NCBI GenBank assembly: GCA_038060895.1
Contig: JBBTCT010000009.1
Location: forward strand, 176,082 to 240,081
DNA length: 64,000 nt
Origin: Planctomycetota bacterium
Lineage (GTDB): Bacteria; Planctomycetota; MHYJ01; WSZJ01
Reading direction: 5' to 3'
Shown one piece after another: positions 33,501 to 42,330 of the stretch. Positions within the stretch are counted from its first letter, which is position 1. Every line of letters begins with the position of its first letter. The notes beneath the pieces were generated by a model. The model had not been told where the DNA came from and searched no databases. It was given only the letters and a program-made list of their open reading frames with translations. The position numbers were made by a program, and so were the translations under genes.

Positions 33501-36468
33501 AGCAAACCAGACGACCCTGAGCCGGCAGGTGGTGAGGCTGGAAGGGAAGTCGAAAGTGCTGGAGTTCAAGCTGGCGGAAGCTCAGTGCCCGAATTTCCAC
33601 GTGAAGGCGGTGACGGTGCGGAACGGCGAAGTCCACCAGGCGCACACGGAAATCTTCGTGCCCCCGGCGGACAAATTCCTCGACGTGAAAGTGACGCCCT
33701 CGAAGCCGGAATACAAGCCGGGCGAACACGTGCGCTACGACATCAGCGCGACGGACTGGCAGGGGAAGCCGGCCCAGGCGGAATTCGCGCTGGCGGTGTT
33801 CGACAAGAGCGTGCTTTATATCGCGCCGTCGAACGTGCCGGACCTGCGGCTCTCGTTCTGGGGCGGCCGCCGCTGGGCGAACGTGAACATGATGACGTCG
33901 CGGCAGTTCAGCACCAGCCCGACAACCTCGGACGGCAACAAATACCCCGAATTCAAGCTGCACGGCGACCCCGCCGGATACGGCGGTGGCGGGCGCTTCG
34001 GCGGCCGGCGCGGTCGCTCGAAGGGCGATGACGGCGGGGCCTGGGCTCCGGACGCTTCGACGGGTTTTGCCCCGGGCGCGGAGGAGTCGGACCACAATGA
34101 GTCGGCCGACCGCGAGGACCTGGCCGAGGGCGGTGCGGAGCTGAAGAAGCTGGAGTCCAAGGAGAAGGCTCCGGCCTCCCCGAAGCCGGCCGCCGACCCG
34201 GCGAACAAGGACGGCAAAGCGCGCCAGGAGCAGCAGGGTGGCGGCGGCGCGGCCGGCGCGGAGCCCGTGGTGCGCAAGAATTTCGCCGACACGGCCTGCT
34301 GGTCGCCGTCGGTCGTCACGGACGCGGACGGCAAGGCCACGGTTGAGTTCGACATGCCCGATTCGCTCACGACGTGGCGCGCGGTCGCACGCGGAATGGA
34401 CACCTCCACGCGCGTCGGCGGCGCTTCCGCCGAAGTGCAGACCCGCAAGACGCTCATGGCCCGGCTGCAGGCGCCGCGGTTCTTCCGCGAACGCGACGAG
34501 CTCCTCATCAGTGCGATCGTGAACAACGCGGCGAAGGTCGATGAGCAGGTCAAGGCGACGCTAAAGCTCGAGGGCGGCACGCTCGAGCTGGGTTCTCCGG
34601 AAGCGATCGACATCAAGGTTGCGGCCAACGGCGAGGTTCGGCTCGACTGGAAGGTGAAGGCCACGAAGGAAGGCTCGGCGCGCATTATCGTCAGCGCGGT
34701 CGGCCAGCAGGACTCCGACGCCATGCAGCTCGATTTCCCGGTCTACGTCCACGGGATGGACAAGCTTCAGAGCTGGGCCGGCGTCGTGAAGGGCGACACC
34801 GAGACGGCGACCTTCACGATCGACGTCCCCGCGGACCGCAAGGTCACCACGGCGGACCTGACGATCCAGATCAGCCCGACGATGATGGGAGCTCTTCTCG
34901 ACGCGCTGCCTTACCTCATCGAGTACCCCTACGGCTGCGTCGAACAGACGATGAGCCGCTTCCTCCCCGCGGTCGCCGTCGCCAAAACGCTGAAGGACAC
35001 CGGAATCAACCTGGAAGACGTGGGCAAGCGCCGCGAGCTTGCGTACGCCGATATCGCCCCTTCGAAGAACGCAGTGTTCCACACGGCGGCGCTGGAAGCG
35101 ATCGTCGAGCAGGGGCTCAACCGCCTGTACGGATTCCAGAACGGCCACGGAGGCTGGGGCTGGTGGCAGTCGGACAAGATCGATCCGTTCATCACGGCCT
35201 ACGTCGTCAATGGCCTGCGCGTCGCCAAGGCGGCGGGCGCGCCGGTGGATGCGAACCGGCTGCAGAACGGAATCAACGCCCTGAAGAACGGCCTGCGGGA
35301 GGAGAAGGACCTGCATCGCGCCGCGTACTGCGCCTACGTCCTGGCGGAGTGCGGGGCGCTCGACGTGAAAGATCGCGAGCACCTCTACACGCGCCGCGGC
35401 GACATGAACAGCTACGGCCGCGCGCTCATGGCGATGGCGCTTCATCTTTCCAAGGACAAGGAAAAGGCCGAGGTCTGCATCCGCAACATGGAGGACTTCG
35501 TCAAGGTGGACGAGAAGGCCGGCACCGCCTGGTGGGATCGCGAAGACAAGTGGGCCTGGTGGTACTGGTACGGCGATGACGTCGAAGGGAATTCCGCGAT
35601 TCTCCGTGCTTACATCATGGTGGACCCGAAGAACGCGAACGTCCCGAGGATGGCGAAGTGGCTGCTGATGAATCGCGACGGAGTCCGCTGGAAATCCACG
35701 CGCGACACGGCGCACGCGATGCTGGCGCTCCTGGAGTACGCCAAGGTCGCCGGCGAGCTCAACCCCGAGTACACGGCCGACATCGAGGTGGACGGGAAGC
35801 TGCTGAAGTCGTTTGGTGTGACCAGCGAGAATGTTCTGACGCTGAACGCGGAGACGAAGGTCAAGGGCGACGCCCTCGAGACCGGGAAGCACACGATCAC
35901 GGTGAGGAAGTCCGGCAAGGGAACGGCGTACTGGAGCGTGTACCTGAAGTACTTCACGACCGAGGAGGACCTGACGGCCGGCAGCTCGAAGATGAGCGTG
36001 AGCCGGACGGTTTATCGCCTGAAGGGCCACGTCGAGAACACGAATGAGAACGGCCGCCCCGTGAAAAAGATGGTTTACGACCGTGAGAAGCTGGCCAGCG
36101 GTGCCAAGGTCACCAGCGGCGATTTGCTCGAGATCGAGATGGAGATCGACGCCCCGAACGACTACGAGTACCTGGTGTTCGAGGACTTCAAGGCTGCCGG
36201 CGTCGAGCCGACGGAAGTCGTGAGCGGCCGCGTGTGGGGAGCCCTCGACAGCAACCGGGAGTTCCGGGACGAAAAGGTCGCCTTCTTCGTGGACTGGATG
36301 CCCCGCGGGAAGCACAAGATCTCATACCGCGCGCGCGCCGAAATTCCAGGCTCGTTCCACGCCATGCCAGTGAACGGCTACGCGATGTACGCTCCCTCCG
36401 TCCGCGCCATCTCTGACGAGTTCAGGATCACGATCGAGGACAAGCCGACGGACAAGGGGACCAAGTAG
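30598..36468 (+). CDS. bacterial alpha-2-macroglobulin with N-terminal TPR region
   Basis: AGGAG RBS, signal peptide, TDRPVYRPGQ, FRVEEYKKPE, RKNFADTACW, MPDSLTTW, thioester YPYGCVEQTMSRF, GGWGWW, EFRDEK. Confidence 0.95.
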   Translation: MRFRLIASAAAAALVVLAFTLVRAGDPSAEDSWKKGNKFYEEKSYKKALESYLEVKRLAPEFVEKDDLNLHIAVCHLRLRQWDPAEAALKVAAKGEDHFKLRSLVLLGQLYRDWPHEVYVKGEERKRGEWFEGATYEWTQGADMVNALKCFEEAKKVGYELRDLYAAGLTANPKDRESIDKKDRLVRTLTCDLNAELWPFVESQMGHAGAGVRWKDPAADAKRYDPSWSGNEKVSFLLDEIVKLDPDDEKHSKSAVAMRDKAMYILRRNWHFEVKADDDLLTQALGILRGAKSEWPSSGIADQIQYMIARTLEDRAQWVEAVAEFKKVLDHKDSKWLSDAQYHIQEIQRPRLGLSGAANWLPGQKVQLNVNWRNVKSVAFTLDEFDLEKAWTKYVEQRDGEFTTGDFANFAAARSPKKLAGAEVASWTLDTQDDGGHVQKGQAIDVPAKKTGSYLLSAEANGVVSRVVVLVSDLVMIERTGREGLFYVTDAATGKPEDGADVRVLERITWWANGKQQVQDSKFSKKTDADGLAFVDFTGGNRGAQVMAFAKKDGRLAIAMPAHHYWSEEGGRGARIDTWTDRPVYRPGQAVNWKATIRVPRMTGYAVPEERTVHVKITDPKGNVLADKDLKTNEFGSISGTVTPAVKAALGVYSIQIQGPENSRGWSQFRVEEYKKPEVKVEVVAKTELARLGEGLTAEIHADYYFGGGVPNADVHYTVTRRGYHFWYREPQEFDWYYGDRWGRPGRDWNEEVIVDGRGKTDENGVLLVEWSTLKAKSEMPNQDHEYEIRAEVTDASRRTVEGTGTVRVTRTQMFATISPKRGFYTAGDHVEIELNTQNANNLPLPSEGTMTVARIVWDAKIEPNGNWKDEPFYTEPATTGKDGRGFWKWQVDRGGFYAFIFESKDGWGEKVTGRTTINVADPNAANAAARFRELDLSPEERTYRPGQTARILLWSDVAGAAVLVTTEANQTTLSRQVVRLEGKSKVLEFKLAEAQCPNFHVKAVTVRNGEVHQAHTEIFVPPADKFLDVKVTPSKPEYKPGEHVRYDISATDWQGKPAQAEFALAVFDKSVLYIAPSNVPDLRLSFWGGRRWANVNMMTSRQFSTSPTTSDGNKYPEFKLHGDPAGYGGGGRFGGRRGRSKGDDGGAWAPDASTGFAPGAEESDHNESADREDLAEGGAELKKLESKEKAPASPKPAADPANKDGKARQEQQGGGGAAGAEPVVRKNFADTACWSPSVVTDADGKATVEFDMPDSLTTWRAVARGMDTSTRVGGASAEVQTRKTLMARLQAPRFFRERDELLISAIVNNAAKVDEQVKATLKLEGGTLELGSPEAIDIKVAANGEVRLDWKVKATKEGSARIIVSAVGQQDSDAMQLDFPVYVHGMDKLQSWAGVVKGDTETATFTIDVPADRKVTTADLTIQISPTMMGALLDALPYLIEYPYGCVEQTMSRFLPAVAVAKTLKDTGINLEDVGKRRELAYADIAPSKNAVFHTAALEAIVEQGLNRLYGFQNGHGGWGWWQSDKIDPFITAYVVNGLRVAKAAGAPVDANRLQNGINALKNGLREEKDLHRAAYCAYVLAECGALDVKDREHLYTRRGDMNSYGRALMAMALHLSKDKEKAEVCIRNMEDFVKVDEKAGTAWWDREDKWAWWYWYGDDVEGNSAILRAYIMVDPKNANVPRMAKWLLMNRDGVRWKSTRDTAHAMLALLEYAKVAGELNPEYTADIEVDGKLLKSFGVTSENVLTLNAETKVKGDALETGKHTITVRKSGKGTAYWSVYLKYFTTEEDLTAGSSKMSVSRTVYRLKGHVENTNENGRPVKKMVYDREKLASGAKVTSGDLLEIEMEIDAPNDYEYLVFEDFKAAGVEPTEVVSGRVWGALDSNREFRDEKVAFFVDWMPRGKHKISYRARAEIPGSFHAMPVNGYAMYAPSVRAISDEFRITIEDKPTDKGTK

Positions 36469-36484
36469 CAATTCGGAAAGCGCC

Positions 36485-36521
36485 GGGGAGGGGGCGGCGA
36501 ACAGCCGTCCCCTCTCTTTTT
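36485..36521 (+). terminator. Rho-independent terminator
   Basis: GGGGAGGGGGCGGC-gaaca-GCCGTCCCCTCTCT followed by a T run. Confidence 0.85.
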
Positions 36522-36544
36522 GAGCCTGCTACACTGAGGCCCGG

Positions 36545-37141
36545 ATGAACTCCTCAAGGCCGCTCGCGCTTCTGATCGCTTTCCTTGCGGCGCTTGCCGC
36601 CGTGTTCTTCATCTGGAGCGACCGGAATCCGACTTCGACGGAAGGTCCACCCGCGTTCTCGAAGCCTGCCGAAATCGCATTCGAGCCTGGCAGCAAAATG
36701 GCGCCCAAGCCGCTTTCCCGGGAAGAGGCCGTACCGGTTGATGCTGGCGCGGAAGCGAAGCCGGAAACGGGGCCGGGGATGGATCCGGATCCTGTCGGCG
36801 GTCCAGCGGCCCATTCGGCGACGCCGGAGGCCCGCGACAGATCGAAACAACGGATGGAGCAGATTGGGCGCCAATGGCTCAGGCCCTTCGCAGCGGAGAC
36901 GGCCATGCCGGAATCCCAGGAGGCCAAGGTCTGGGAAGTCGTCAAGGCGTTCATTGTTGCCTACGAAGCGCTGCGATGGAGGCGTGAGGTCGAAGAGGAT
37001 GTGGAGACGACGATAGAAAGGCTCTACGGGAGGGCGGAGCGTGACATCCGGGCGCTTTTGGGTACGGGACAGGAGGGCTCGTTCCGCGGGCTTCCGCGCG
37101 ACTGGGGATTCAACCTTCTCGACCCCGGACCGGGGCGTTGA
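36545..37141 (+). CDS. hypothetical membrane-anchored protein
   Basis: N-terminal TM, Pro-rich linker, helical C-terminus; TGcTACACT upstream. Confidence 0.65.
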   Translation: MNSSRPLALLIAFLAALAAVFFIWSDRNPTSTEGPPAFSKPAEIAFEPGSKMAPKPLSREEAVPVDAGAEAKPETGPGMDPDPVGGPAAHSATPEARDRSKQRMEQIGRQWLRPFAAETAMPESQEAKVWEVVKAFIVAYEALRWRREVEEDVETTIERLYGRAERDIRALLGTGQEGSFRGLPRDWGFNLLDPGPGR

Positions 37142-37148
37142 CCCCGGC

Positions 37149-37203
37149 TTAAAATTCTTAAGAATCTGCTTGATTAGAAACCTGAGTTAATCAATAATTA
37201 ATG
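37149..37203. promoter_or_regulatory. AT-rich regulatory patch with two palindromes
   Basis: ATTCTTAAGAAT (37154-37165) and TTGATTA-N11-TAATCAA (37170-37194). Confidence 0.55.
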
Positions 37204-37321
37204 GGTCGCGGGTGGCACGACCTGCCGCCGCGGACGTGGGATTGGGGTTTCGGGGCTGTTCAGGCACAGAACTTTTTCCGCCGTCGCGGTTGAAGCGGAG
37301 AAGACGCCTCGTACGGGAGTC

Positions 37322-39937
37322 ATGGAAGGGACCACCGTGAGACGATTCGTCGCTGTTTCCAGTCTGCTAATTGCCCTCGTTCTCGCCTCGATTTCCCTTC
37401 AGGGCGCTCCGCGCGCCCCCCTCGGGAAGGTGGACCTGAAATCCGCCGGCGGGGTGCCGATTGCATTCATGGCGGCGAGCGGCGCCCTCAGTCCCGCGGG
37501 CCAGGATTACCGTCAGAACCTCCACGTGACGTGGAACGGAAATCGCGACTCCGCGATCATCACGTACACGACGCTTACGGGTGGCCTGTGGGCGCATCAC
37601 TTCAACGGAACCGCCTATACACCCGGCGTCAATATCGTCCCGGCCGACGGAAGCACAGCGAGCGTGATCGGCGACCGCGTCGTGACGGCCTTCATCAATA
37701 CGACGGACCATCCGAACGATTACGCCAAGAAACGCGACGGCGACGCGCTGATTCTCTTCACGGCCGTCGACAACGACAACGACGGCGCCGCGGCGGCGGA
37801 CGGCAAGAACCGCGCCCTTTACGTCGCGTACTTTGACACGACGTACAAAACGTGGCCTGCGCTCGAGTACGGCTTCCAGACGACCGGCGCCCGCATCAGC
37901 GACCGCGATGGCGAAGAGGAAAACGTCATCTGCCACGGTGTCGTGACCGACGGGCTGATCGGTGAAGCACGCTGGCTCAACTACCAGTACAGCTACAAGT
38001 ACGGCGACGCAACGAGCGGGTTGGCGATGTTCTGGTCGCAGGGGGAAAACCTGGACGGTGACGCGGACATCGAGGACATGGCGACCTACGCAGCTTTCTT
38101 CGATCTCGGTCAGCCTGGTTCCGAATCCCTTCCTCTGGTCGCAGGGCCGGACGCGCGTCTTTCCACCTTGAACTTCGGCGCTTCGGACTCCGGTTCGACC
38201 GCAGCCCAGACACGCGTGGACGCGCGGTACCTGGTCTACAACAACGTCCTGGTCTTGCGGTGCGCCGCAAATGCCGCGGGTCTTGGGGCCGAGCCGGAGC
38301 TCTGGAATTTCGGATCCACGATGAACCAGGGGGACGACGTGACGCTGCAGGCCGTCGCGTTCGACTTCGGCACGTCTACCGTGGGCGAAGCACGCCTGTT
38401 GCACGGCGCGCCGCCCGATGCCACCGACACATCGGAAAACAACGCCATGCCTCTTCGCCAGGACGGCTCGTTCCTGAGCGGCGGGCACGCGATGTACGGG
38501 CCCGACGAAGGGTTGTCGCGCCTGGAGCTCGTGTTCGCGGAGTTGGTGAACGGCCAGGCGAACGTGAGCTGGGGGACGAACGCGAACAACGCGCGCATCG
38601 GTGCGGTCGAGATCGACCCCGTCACGGGCGCCGTTTTGGGGCACGCCTACCTCGATCTCGAGGACCCGGCGATCAACGACAGCGTTGGCTCAACGACGGC
38701 GGACTGCCGGCTCTCGCGCAACGGCGACTACATGTTCGTGGGCTGGCTCGAGAACTGGAACGAAGGCGCGTTCCTCGACAAGGCCCTTTGGACCGCCCAG
38801 ATCCTCACTCCTCGTGGTTCCACCGCCCCTCCGGCGTTCATCGACCGTGTTGGCGGGGGCCTCAAGGTGAATACGGAGATCGACGACTTCCCGGTCACCT
38901 GGTTCTTCTTCGAAGAAGGGCTTTGTTACGTGACTGGTGCGCAGTCGAACGCCGAAGTCATGAACATCATCTACGAACAGAGCTGTCACACCGATGACGG
39001 CATCTGGATCGGCCGACTGACGGCCGACCTGGACGCGGCTCCTGTTTTGCCCGCAGGTTCCGTGGTCCTTGCTGAGTCGTTCGAAGAGGGCTCGCAGCCC
39101 GGAATGGGCACGCTCAACGAAGAACACTGGGGCTGCAATGGCACTGATAGCGGCTATGACGGGCAGCCGATCATCTTCTACATCAAGGATCTGCCGGCCG
39201 CAGGGACCGACATGGGGATGTACGCGGAAAAGGGCGGCGTCTCCCCGGCAACCTGCCGGATCGATCGGCCCAGCACGGCAACCGACATGGCGATGCAGGG
39301 CGTCGGCGTCGCGATCACGCAGGCAGGGTCGCTGATCGGCCCCGGCGCACGCACCTGGAGTTCCAATCGCGTCCATGTGATGTGGAACGAAGGGAGATCG
39401 ACGACCGGAATGTGGGCCGGGAGCGGACTCTGGACCCGCTACTGGAGCGTCGGCTCCACGGCGAGCGCTTTCGCCGACCAATTCACCCCCTCGGCTGCAA
39501 CGACGCCTTCGGGCACTCTGCGCCCGATCCAACTCGATCCTGAGGGCGTGCTCTTCGACATCACCGATGTGCAGGAAATCCACGGAATCGCACGCAACGG
39601 AAACAAGCTCGGCGTCTGGCTCGCTTCACGCGGACACATCTGGTGCTCGGAGTTCGGCCCCAACCCGTTCGGAACGAGTTGGGACGTCTATTACACCGCC
39701 TCCCTCGGCAAGCCCACGCAGGTCGACGACGGGGGCGGCGTCTCCAGCGCAGGCCGTATTTACAAGGTTCCTGGCTTCGTCGGACCCGCAACGCCCGCGA
39801 AGTCAGTAGGCCCGATGAAAGCGTTCTTTCCGCGGCCCGGCGCCAACTCGCTAGACCGCGCCCTGTACCTCTGGATCCAGGAGGTCAGTTTCGACGGGCT
39901 GCCCCTCCTCTTCGCACGCGCCAGGGCGAAGGACTAG
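37322..39937 (+). CDS. large secreted acidic beta-rich hypothetical protein
   Basis: Signal peptide, 871-aa ORF with coding bias, DNDNDG/NLDGDAD loops. Confidence 0.8.
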   Translation: MEGTTVRRFVAVSSLLIALVLASISLQGAPRAPLGKVDLKSAGGVPIAFMAASGALSPAGQDYRQNLHVTWNGNRDSAIITYTTLTGGLWAHHFNGTAYTPGVNIVPADGSTASVIGDRVVTAFINTTDHPNDYAKKRDGDALILFTAVDNDNDGAAAADGKNRALYVAYFDTTYKTWPALEYGFQTTGARISDRDGEEENVICHGVVTDGLIGEARWLNYQYSYKYGDATSGLAMFWSQGENLDGDADIEDMATYAAFFDLGQPGSESLPLVAGPDARLSTLNFGASDSGSTAAQTRVDARYLVYNNVLVLRCAANAAGLGAEPELWNFGSTMNQGDDVTLQAVAFDFGTSTVGEARLLHGAPPDATDTSENNAMPLRQDGSFLSGGHAMYGPDEGLSRLELVFAELVNGQANVSWGTNANNARIGAVEIDPVTGAVLGHAYLDLEDPAINDSVGSTTADCRLSRNGDYMFVGWLENWNEGAFLDKALWTAQILTPRGSTAPPAFIDRVGGGLKVNTEIDDFPVTWFFFEEGLCYVTGAQSNAEVMNIIYEQSCHTDDGIWIGRLTADLDAAPVLPAGSVVLAESFEEGSQPGMGTLNEEHWGCNGTDSGYDGQPIIFYIKDLPAAGTDMGMYAEKGGVSPATCRIDRPSTATDMAMQGVGVAITQAGSLIGPGARTWSSNRVHVMWNEGRSTTGMWAGSGLWTRYWSVGSTASAFADQFTPSAATTPSGTLRPIQLDPEGVLFDITDVQEIHGIARNGNKLGVWLASRGHIWCSEFGPNPFGTSWDVYYTASLGKPTQVDDGGGVSSAGRIYKVPGFVGPATPAKSVGPMKAFFPRPGANSLDRALYLWIQEVSFDGLPLLFARARAKD

Positions 39938-40884
39938 CCGTTCGACCTTAATGCCTTCACTGCCGGGTCCGCGTAGACGGGAACCAGGAAGCGCGCGCCG
40001 AAGTCCACGCCCGGCGCTTCACCGGCGACTTCCAGTTCCCAGTAGCGCGGGGTTACGGTCTGACGTTCGGTGGCGAAGTGCGACTCTGCGGGCAGCCGGA
40101 ATGAAACCGGGATCTCGCGGGACGGGGGCTCGACGACCCTTACTTCCTTCCAGATCTCGAACACCGCCAGGTTCAGCCCGGATCCCGTCGCCTCGGCGTC
40201 CACCTGCTCGCGGAGGCAGCGAAGCGTGAAGACCAGGTTCTTGAGCGAGCGCACGTCGGCGGAGGTGCGGAAGTCGGCCTCGAGAGTGTCGCCGAGAAAG
40301 AAGGGGAAGCGGCGGAAGACGAGCGTCGAAGCGCCGAATTTCCAGAGGCGCGCGAGATAGTAGAGGCCCTGGCCGAAGACGCCGATCATGACGAGGTCGA
40401 AGATGCCGACGACGCCGACGACGAAGAAGTTCCCCTCGCTGGACAGGAAAGCCCACCAGTTGAAGGGGATGAGAAACACGAAGAGGAAGGCTGCGGCGAA
40501 GAAGGACCCCGCGGCCTGTCCTGCGTTTCCGTCGGTCGCGGAGCGCGCGCTCCACGGGTGATCGGCGAGCCACGGCTCGCCGGGTCGCGTCAGGAGGATC
40601 TCCTTTCGACGCGCCATGTCCCAGATCTGCCAGATGCCCCGCCAGAGCACCAGGAGGCCCGCAATGGCGAACATCGAGCCGCCAGAGGCGATGACCCAGG
40701 CTGGCGAATTCGATTCGCCCTTGAGCGGCCACAACCGCAGGCCGGCCCCCGTCAGCATGACGCCTGCGGCGATGAAGGGAAGGCTGAAGACGATCAGGAA
40801 GCCCGAGTGCGCGCGCGCCTGTCCCTTCGGCGTGCGGTCCTTTAGCCGGACTTCGTGCGACGGCGGAACGGGGGCGTCACTCAC
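39934..40884 (-). CDS. hypothetical membrane protein (4 TM plus C-terminal beta-sandwich)
   Basis: GTG 6 nt after TACGAT; PWLADHPW, W.LEV..E.PGVDF.ARF.VPVY. Confidence 0.75.
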   Translation of the reverse strand: MSDAPVPPSHEVRLKDRTPKGQARAHSGFLIVFSLPFIAAGVMLTGAGLRLWPLKGESNSPAWVIASGGSMFAIAGLLVLWRGIWQIWDMARRKEILLTRPGEPWLADHPWSARSATDGNAGQAAGSFFAAAFLFVFLIPFNWWAFLSSEGNFFVVGVVGIFDLVMIGVFGQGLYYLARLWKFGASTLVFRRFPFFLGDTLEADFRTSADVRSLKNLVFTLRCLREQVDAEATGSGLNLAVFEIWKEVRVVEPPSREIPVSFRLPAESHFATERQTVTPRYWELEVAGEAPGVDFGARFLVPVYADPAVKALRSNG

Positions 40885-41090
40885 GCGGCCATCGTAGCGC
40901 ATGCTGGCACGGCGTTCGGTCATAGGCACCTCCCGGTTCGAGTGTGCCGGTCAGTACCGCAACCGCGGGGCCAGCCGCACCGCGCGGGGTTTCCGGTTTC
41001 ACGGACGTTTCACGCCAATCCCTGCACAATCGCCGGACGACCCCGCACGCCCGGAGGTTCCACGCGTTCCACGCGTGATAAAGTGCTCGC

Positions 41091-41399
41091 ATGCCGCTCG
41101 TAACAGTCGCGACCGTCGACCAGGTCCCCCCGGGATGCGCCCTGCGCGTGAACATCCAGGCGCGCGAGATCGGGCTCTTCAACCACGGGGGCCAGCTCTT
41201 CGCGATCAAGAATCTCTGCCCGCACATGGGCGACGCGCTGCACAAAGGGAAGGTGACGGAGCTGGGGCGCGTCGTGTGTCCGGGCCACGCGTGGCACTTT
41301 GACCTGTCGACGGGGAAGTGCACGAGCGGGCAGACGGAGGCGAGCGTTAGGACGTATCCGGTTGTGGTTCAGGGAGATGACATCCTGATCGAAGTTTGA
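41091..41399 (+). CDS. Rieske [2Fe-2S] ferredoxin (NirD/dioxygenase-ferredoxin-like)
   Basis: NLCPHMG ... VCPGHAWHFDLSTG. Confidence 0.93.
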   Translation: MPLVTVATVDQVPPGCALRVNIQAREIGLFNHGGQLFAIKNLCPHMGDALHKGKVTELGRVVCPGHAWHFDLSTGKCTSGQTEASVRTYPVVVQGDDILIEV

Positions 41400-41424
41400 G
41401 TTGCGAGTCACAAGGAGTGGCGCG

Positions 41425-41760
41425 ATGGCCTGGTGGAAGCACGTCGGGGACGAAATGAAATTCGCCGCCGAGAAGATGGCGAAGACGAACCTGTTCGAGA
41501 CGGATCGCATGTTCTGCGATGTCTACGGGCTGGAGCCGGGGCAATCGCAGAAGTCGCACGTCCATGGCGACGCGGACAAGGTCTATTACGTCGTCGAGGG
41601 GGAGGGACTCTTTGAAGTAGGGAAGGAGTCCCGCGTCCTGGGCCCCGGCGTCGTCGTCCACGCCGCTTCCGGCGAGCCGCACGGCGTTACGAACACGGGC
41701 CAGGGCCGCCTCGCTTTGCTCGTCGTCATGGCCCCGCATTCGAGGTTCAAGAAGATCTGA
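41425..41760 (+). CDS. cupin domain protein
   Basis: LEPGQSQKSHVH..DKVYYVVEGEG..PHGVTN; AAGGAG RBS. Confidence 0.9.
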   Translation: MAWWKHVGDEMKFAAEKMAKTNLFETDRMFCDVYGLEPGQSQKSHVHGDADKVYYVVEGEGLFEVGKESRVLGPGVVVHAASGEPHGVTNTGQGRLALLVVMAPHSRFKKI

Positions 41761-42224
41761 TGCGTCGTTTCACCATCCGTCGGGCCACCGTCCGTGACCT
41801 GAAGCACCTCCGTCACCAGCGCGACGGCATGTTCCGCGACATGGGTTGCGACGACGAAAAGGCCCTCGCCGCTGCCGACCGCGCGTACGCCAATTGGGTC
41901 CGCGTTCGCATTCGCTCCGGCCGATTTTTCGCCTGGCTCGCCGTCGCCCCCGGCAACCGCGTTGCTGCTGGTGGCGCCGTCTGGCTGCGGGAACAGCAGC
42001 CCGGCCCGCGGCGCGCCCGGCTCCTGCCTTACCTGCTCTCGATGTACACCGAGCCGGAGTTTCGCGGGAAGGGACTCGCGACGAAGATCGTCAAGGCGGC
42101 GACCGCGTGGGGAAAAAAACGCCGGCTGACAAAGATGCTGCTTCACGCGTCCTCGATGGGGCGCGGCGTCTACGTGCGTCTCGGATGGAAACGGACATGG
42201 GAAATGGAGATTCCGCTCAAGTGA
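41760..42224 (+). CDS. GNAT family N-acetyltransferase
   Basis: MYTEPEFRGKGLA, LHASSMGRGVY.RLG. Confidence 0.92.
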   Translation: MRRFTIRRATVRDLKHLRHQRDGMFRDMGCDDEKALAAADRAYANWVRVRIRSGRFFAWLAVAPGNRVAAGGAVWLREQQPGPRRARLLPYLLSMYTEPEFRGKGLATKIVKAATAWGKKRRLTKMLLHASSMGRGVYVRLGWKRTWEMEIPLK

Positions 42225-42330
42225 AGAGGCTGCTCGTTGCGTGCGTCCTCCTGGCCGGCTGCGGCCGCGAGCCCGCGCTGTCCCCGGCCCAGCTCGCCTT
42301 GGACTGTTGCTCGGACTTTGACTGGATCCT
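42221..42330 (+). pseudogene. possible truncated lipoprotein 5' remnant
   Basis: GTGA-coupled start MKRLLVACVLLAGC (lipobox LAGC); after about 37 codons the frame runs antisense into the convergent oxidase gene. Confidence 0.45.
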
